Made by a program: the position numbers and the translations under genes. From a virus (lineage: Duplodnaviria; Caudoviricetes), in the IMG/VR virus record IMGVR_UViG_2918748958_000001, positions 3,083-67,082 of that record: a DNA stretch of 64,000 nucleotides, one strand, 5' to 3'. Below are positions 61,534 to 64,000 of the stretch, piece by piece (within the stretch, counting starts at the first letter, position 1; the number at the start of each line of letters is the position of its first letter). The notes beneath the pieces were generated by a model, which saw only the letters and a list, made by a program, of their open reading frames with translations, searched no databases and was not told where the DNA came from.

Positions 61534-61773
61534 TCAATCCTCCAGATCGTACTTACCCTGCAGGGTGCGGATGATGCGCGCGATGTCAGCGCGGTGTGCG
61601 CCCCGGTCGCTCACGACGCCCACGGTCCAGGTCGGGCCGCCCTCTTCTGCGCTAACCTCGACCACTCCGCCGTGGTGCACATCGGTGATCTGGCCGCGCA
61701 GGTCAGGTATTGCCTCGATGCGCTCGATCAGCATCTGTTGCAATTGTTCGGCGGTGCGAGTGGGCTTAGGCAA
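61534..61773 (-). CDS. small hypothetical protein
   Basis: 79 aa; GGAGG RBS. Confidence 0.7.
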   Translation of the reverse strand: MPKPTRTAEQLQQMLIERIEAIPDLRGQITDVHHGGVVEVSAEEGGPTWTVGVVSDRGAHRADIARIIRTLQGKYDLED

Positions 61774-61794
61774 AACCTCGACCTCCTTGCATCT

Positions 61795-62451
61795 TCACGT
61801 TCTGATGAACGAAGCCAAAGCTTGGCGCGCGTCTTTGACACGCACAAGTGCCTGTTCGAGGAATTGATCGATGGAGCCCAGTCGATCGACAACCCAGTCA
61901 CCATTTCTATCGTCCCTGCGCACAACAAAGCCGACGGCCAAAACGGCTTGACGCAGTCTGCTGCAGCCTACCGCCAGGTCCCCTGCGACTGCCGGAAGGA
62001 CGTGATGCAACGTCATCAGTTGATTTTCGGTCGGAAGGTCGAGGCTGCTCAGCAGTCCGTGAAAGCGCTTCGCATCTTCCAATGCATTCGCATTCCGAGT
62101 TCGCGCGATGTTCTTCCTACAACCTTCGAGGGTGCCAACGATCGGAGCAAGCATTGTGTGCAAAGTTATCGCGGTGATCGTCGCAGCAGCGTGCTCGCGC
62201 TCACGATCTTTCCGATGATCGCTTTGGCGCTGCCACATCGCAATGCCAATTGCAGCAAGTATCGCGACGATCGATCCAATCGCTTGCACCCAAGCCGGCG
62301 CATCAAGCCGAGCAATCATCGTTGCAAAAGCGACAAAGAACCACCGAATCGCCGCCCCCCCCGGAAAGATCGCGAGTGCGTGCACCAACAGCAGACATGT
62401 CAGCAGAACGAGACACGCCAAGGTGCCGACGGTTGTCAGTTTCTCTTTCAT
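61795..62451 (-). CDS. membrane protein
   Basis: N-terminal TM segments including WVQAIGSIVAILAAIGIA. Confidence 0.75.
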   Translation of the reverse strand: MKEKLTTVGTLACLVLLTCLLLVHALAIFPGGAAIRWFFVAFATMIARLDAPAWVQAIGSIVAILAAIGIAMWQRQSDHRKDREREHAAATITAITLHTMLAPIVGTLEGCRKNIARTRNANALEDAKRFHGLLSSLDLPTENQLMTLHHVLPAVAGDLAVGCSRLRQAVLAVGFVVRRDDRNGDWVVDRLGSIDQFLEQALVRVKDARQALASFIRT

Positions 62452-62477
62452 CTCTCACTCCATCCTGGGAGCGGATT

Positions 62478-62675
62478 GTGAACCTCCTCGACACCTCCAT
62501 CGACCGCAGCCGTGCCAAAGAGGCCCAGGCGGTGCAGATGCACGCCCAGCAGCTGGTCGACTATGCGCGCCAGCACAACTTGGTGGTGACCATCACCCTC
62601 GCGCCCCAGCCTCCGCTGGCCATGGGCAACTACGTGCCCATCATCGAGATCCGGGAGGCCCGCCATGGCGAGTGA
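62478..62675 (+). CDS. phage hypothetical protein
   Basis: GGGAG RBS with GTG start; LVVTITLAPQPPLAMGNY. Confidence 0.65.
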   Translation: MNLLDTSIDRSRAKEAQAVQMHAQQLVDYARQHNLVVTITLAPQPPLAMGNYVPIIEIREARHGE

Positions 62676-62916
62676 GTCCCTTGGCAACGTGGGCAAGCGC
62701 TCAGCTGCCACGAGATCCGTAAAAGGTGCGAAGCCAATCCAGCAACGCTTCAGCGCTCGCGTCATCACCCAGCACTTCAATCGCTTCAGCGGCCTGCGCC
62801 TCGGTGAAGCCGTAGATCAACGCAGTGTTCTGCAAAAAGTCCGGGGGCCGTGGCTCTTGTCCTGCCGGTTCCATCGAAGCCTCCTTCTGGAAAGTTCGCA
62901 GTATGAACCCGCCTGA
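62665..62916 (+). other. coupled ORF spanning the antisense gene 62701..62874
   Basis: GGGAGG RBS; overlaps both + strand neighbours; in register with the antisense gene. Confidence 0.35.
62701..62874 (-). CDS. 57-aa antisense small protein
   Basis: AAGGAGG RBS; MEPAGQEPRPPDFLQNTALIYGFTEAQAAEAIEVLGDDASAEALLDWLRT. Confidence 0.65.
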   Translation of the reverse strand: MEPAGQEPRPPDFLQNTALIYGFTEAQAAEAIEVLGDDASAEALLDWLRTFYGSRGS

Positions 62917-63232
62917 AGTCGTGAGCACTACACCGCTGCGCGTGCACGCGGTTGCGCCGCGCACGCTGCATCTGCCGCTCAAGGGCGAGTATTTCGACCA
63001 AATCAAGGCCGGCACGAAGCCCGAGGAATACCGCCTCTGCACGCCCTTCTGGGGCAAGCGGCTCATGGGCCGCAACTACGACACGATCACGCTCACCAGG
63101 GGCTACCCGTCGCGCGACGACACCGCGCGCCGCTTGGTCCTGCCGTGGCGCGGGTTCGCCATCAAGGTCATCACGCACCCGCACTTCGGCCCTGCGCCCG
63201 TGTCGGTGTTCGCCATCCGGGTGACGCCATGA
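62903..63232 (+). CDS. ASCH-domain protein
   Basis: LHLPLKGEYFDQIKAGTKPEEYR (GxKxxExR) and LTRGYP. Confidence 0.85.
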   Translation: MNPPEVVSTTPLRVHAVAPRTLHLPLKGEYFDQIKAGTKPEEYRLCTPFWGKRLMGRNYDTITLTRGYPSRDDTARRLVLPWRGFAIKVITHPHFGPAPVSVFAIRVTP

Positions 63233-63447
63233 CGACACCCGGCTTCGGCGCCTTCTCCAGCGCGGTGGCGCGCGCCAAGACGGAGATCTTCCGTCGCCAC
63301 TTCGACCCGACAACCCTTCGGCCCGCCGAATCGGTGAAGGCATCCATGCGGTGTATTCCTTGCGGCGGCCTCTTTACCTACACGGCCAGCGCGGTCGACG
63401 GCCGAATGAGCGGCTCGAGCGCTGGCTGCCTGAAATGGACGGATTGA
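63229..63447 (+). CDS. small Cys-containing hypothetical protein
   Basis: ATGA-coupled; CIPC motif. Confidence 0.55.
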   Translation: MTTPGFGAFSSAVARAKTEIFRRHFDPTTLRPAESVKASMRCIPCGGLFTYTASAVDGRMSGSSAGCLKWTD

Positions 63448-63449
63448 AC

Positions 63450-63605
63450 ATGACCGATGAATTCCGGGGCGACAGCGCCCACTTGCGCCGCACCATCAAC
63501 GTGCTGCTGGAGCTCGACGCAAAGGGCGCGCTCGCCCCGTACCTTGCGCGTCGGCTGCCCGAATCCACTGTTGTGCGACTCAAGCGACCGGAGGTGTCGG
63601 TATGA
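63450..63605 (+). CDS. small hypothetical protein
   Basis: 51 aa; coupled to the next gene. Confidence 0.45.
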   Translation: MTDEFRGDSAHLRRTINVLLELDAKGALAPYLARRLPESTVVRLKRPEVSV

Positions 63606-64000
63606 CAGCGCTTCTCCGTGAACTGCTGCAATGCAACCACAGCGACCCGAACCACCGACGCGCTGGCGCCGGTAAGTGGGTCACGGTGAACGTGCCAGCC
63701 GAGCTGTGGGCAAAGATTCAAGCCGCCACCGAACTGACTGAGCCCCGTGAATCCAGATCCTCGGTCCCGACGCAAAGGCCTCGCATGCCACCCGCCCAGA
63801 CCTTGCAGGCGGCTCTCATACCTGACGCACTCTTGCGCATCGACGTTGTGGAACATCTCACGGGCCTCGGCGAATCGACGATCCGCCGGAAGATGGCCGC
63901 AGCCAACTTCCCGCAGCCGATCAAGAACGGCGCACGATGCACGCGCTGGCGCGCCGGCGACGTGACGACCTGGCTGCGTGAACAAGGGGCTGCAGCGTAG
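63602..64000 (+). CDS. alpA: AlpA-family regulator/excisionase-like protein
   Basis: LLRIDVVEHLTGLGESTIRRKMAAANFPQPIKNGARCTRW. Confidence 0.85.
   Translation: MTALLRELLQCNHSDPNHRRAGAGKWVTVNVPAELWAKIQAATELTEPRESRSSVPTQRPRMPPAQTLQAALIPDALLRIDVVEHLTGLGESTIRRKMAAANFPQPIKNGARCTRWRAGDVTTWLREQGAAA

Larger units (their letters stand above)
60130..62481 (+). other. 783-codon 'bridge' ORF antisense to a four-gene insertion
   Basis: ATGA overlap at the start and GTGA overlap at the end; in register with all four - strand genes; the product does not look like a folded protein. Confidence 0.45.
8625..64000. mobile_element. temperate prophage (podovirus-like); both ends unresolved
   Basis: Contiguous lysis, structural, packaging, nin, replication, cro/cI, recombination and AlpA modules. 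The integrase would be expected beyond 64000; the left end may extend past base 1. Confidence 0.95.

Noticed and set aside
63602-64000. Integrase or attR
   Set aside because: Not visible; the window ends at the alpA stop codon.

Overview
A GC-rich window, almost all of it one temperate prophage. The host is probably a Comamonadaceae-type betaproteobacterium (inference from the CTGT-N8-ACAG LexA box and an ANDERFALAA tag mimic). The - strand carries the pR, replication, packaging, head, tail, ejection and lysis genes (52155 down to 8625). These include a P22-like portal and terminase, an N4-gp56/DUF4043-type capsid, a short-tail set with no tape measure, a ~2870-aa polyvalent ejection protein, a holin, a SAR-type endolysin and Rz/Rz1 spanins. 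The + strand carries cI, ERF/YqaJ recombination genes and an AlpA-like gene that ends at base 64000; no integrase or att site is visible. The phage carries many accessory genes: a CmdTAC-like ART toxin-antitoxin-SecB system whose antitoxin ends in an SsrA-tag mimic, a VcaM4I-like EVE-HNH nuclease with a winged-helix partner, a HipA-like kinase plus DUF3037 at the rexAB position, a transmembrane + HEPN pair and DUF4145. A signal-peptide Rhs toxin with a probable immunity gene lies directly downstream of the lysis cassette, and a LexA-boxed SRAP cluster lies at the left edge. Two architectural patterns stand out. (1) A CCCCCTGTAGGGTTCG-like motif follows nearly every late-region accessory insertion and heads the next late module. 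(2) The antisense insertions in the pL operon are each spanned by an in-register, start/stop-coupled 'bridge' ORF. All family assignments come from motif recognition by eye; no database search was run.
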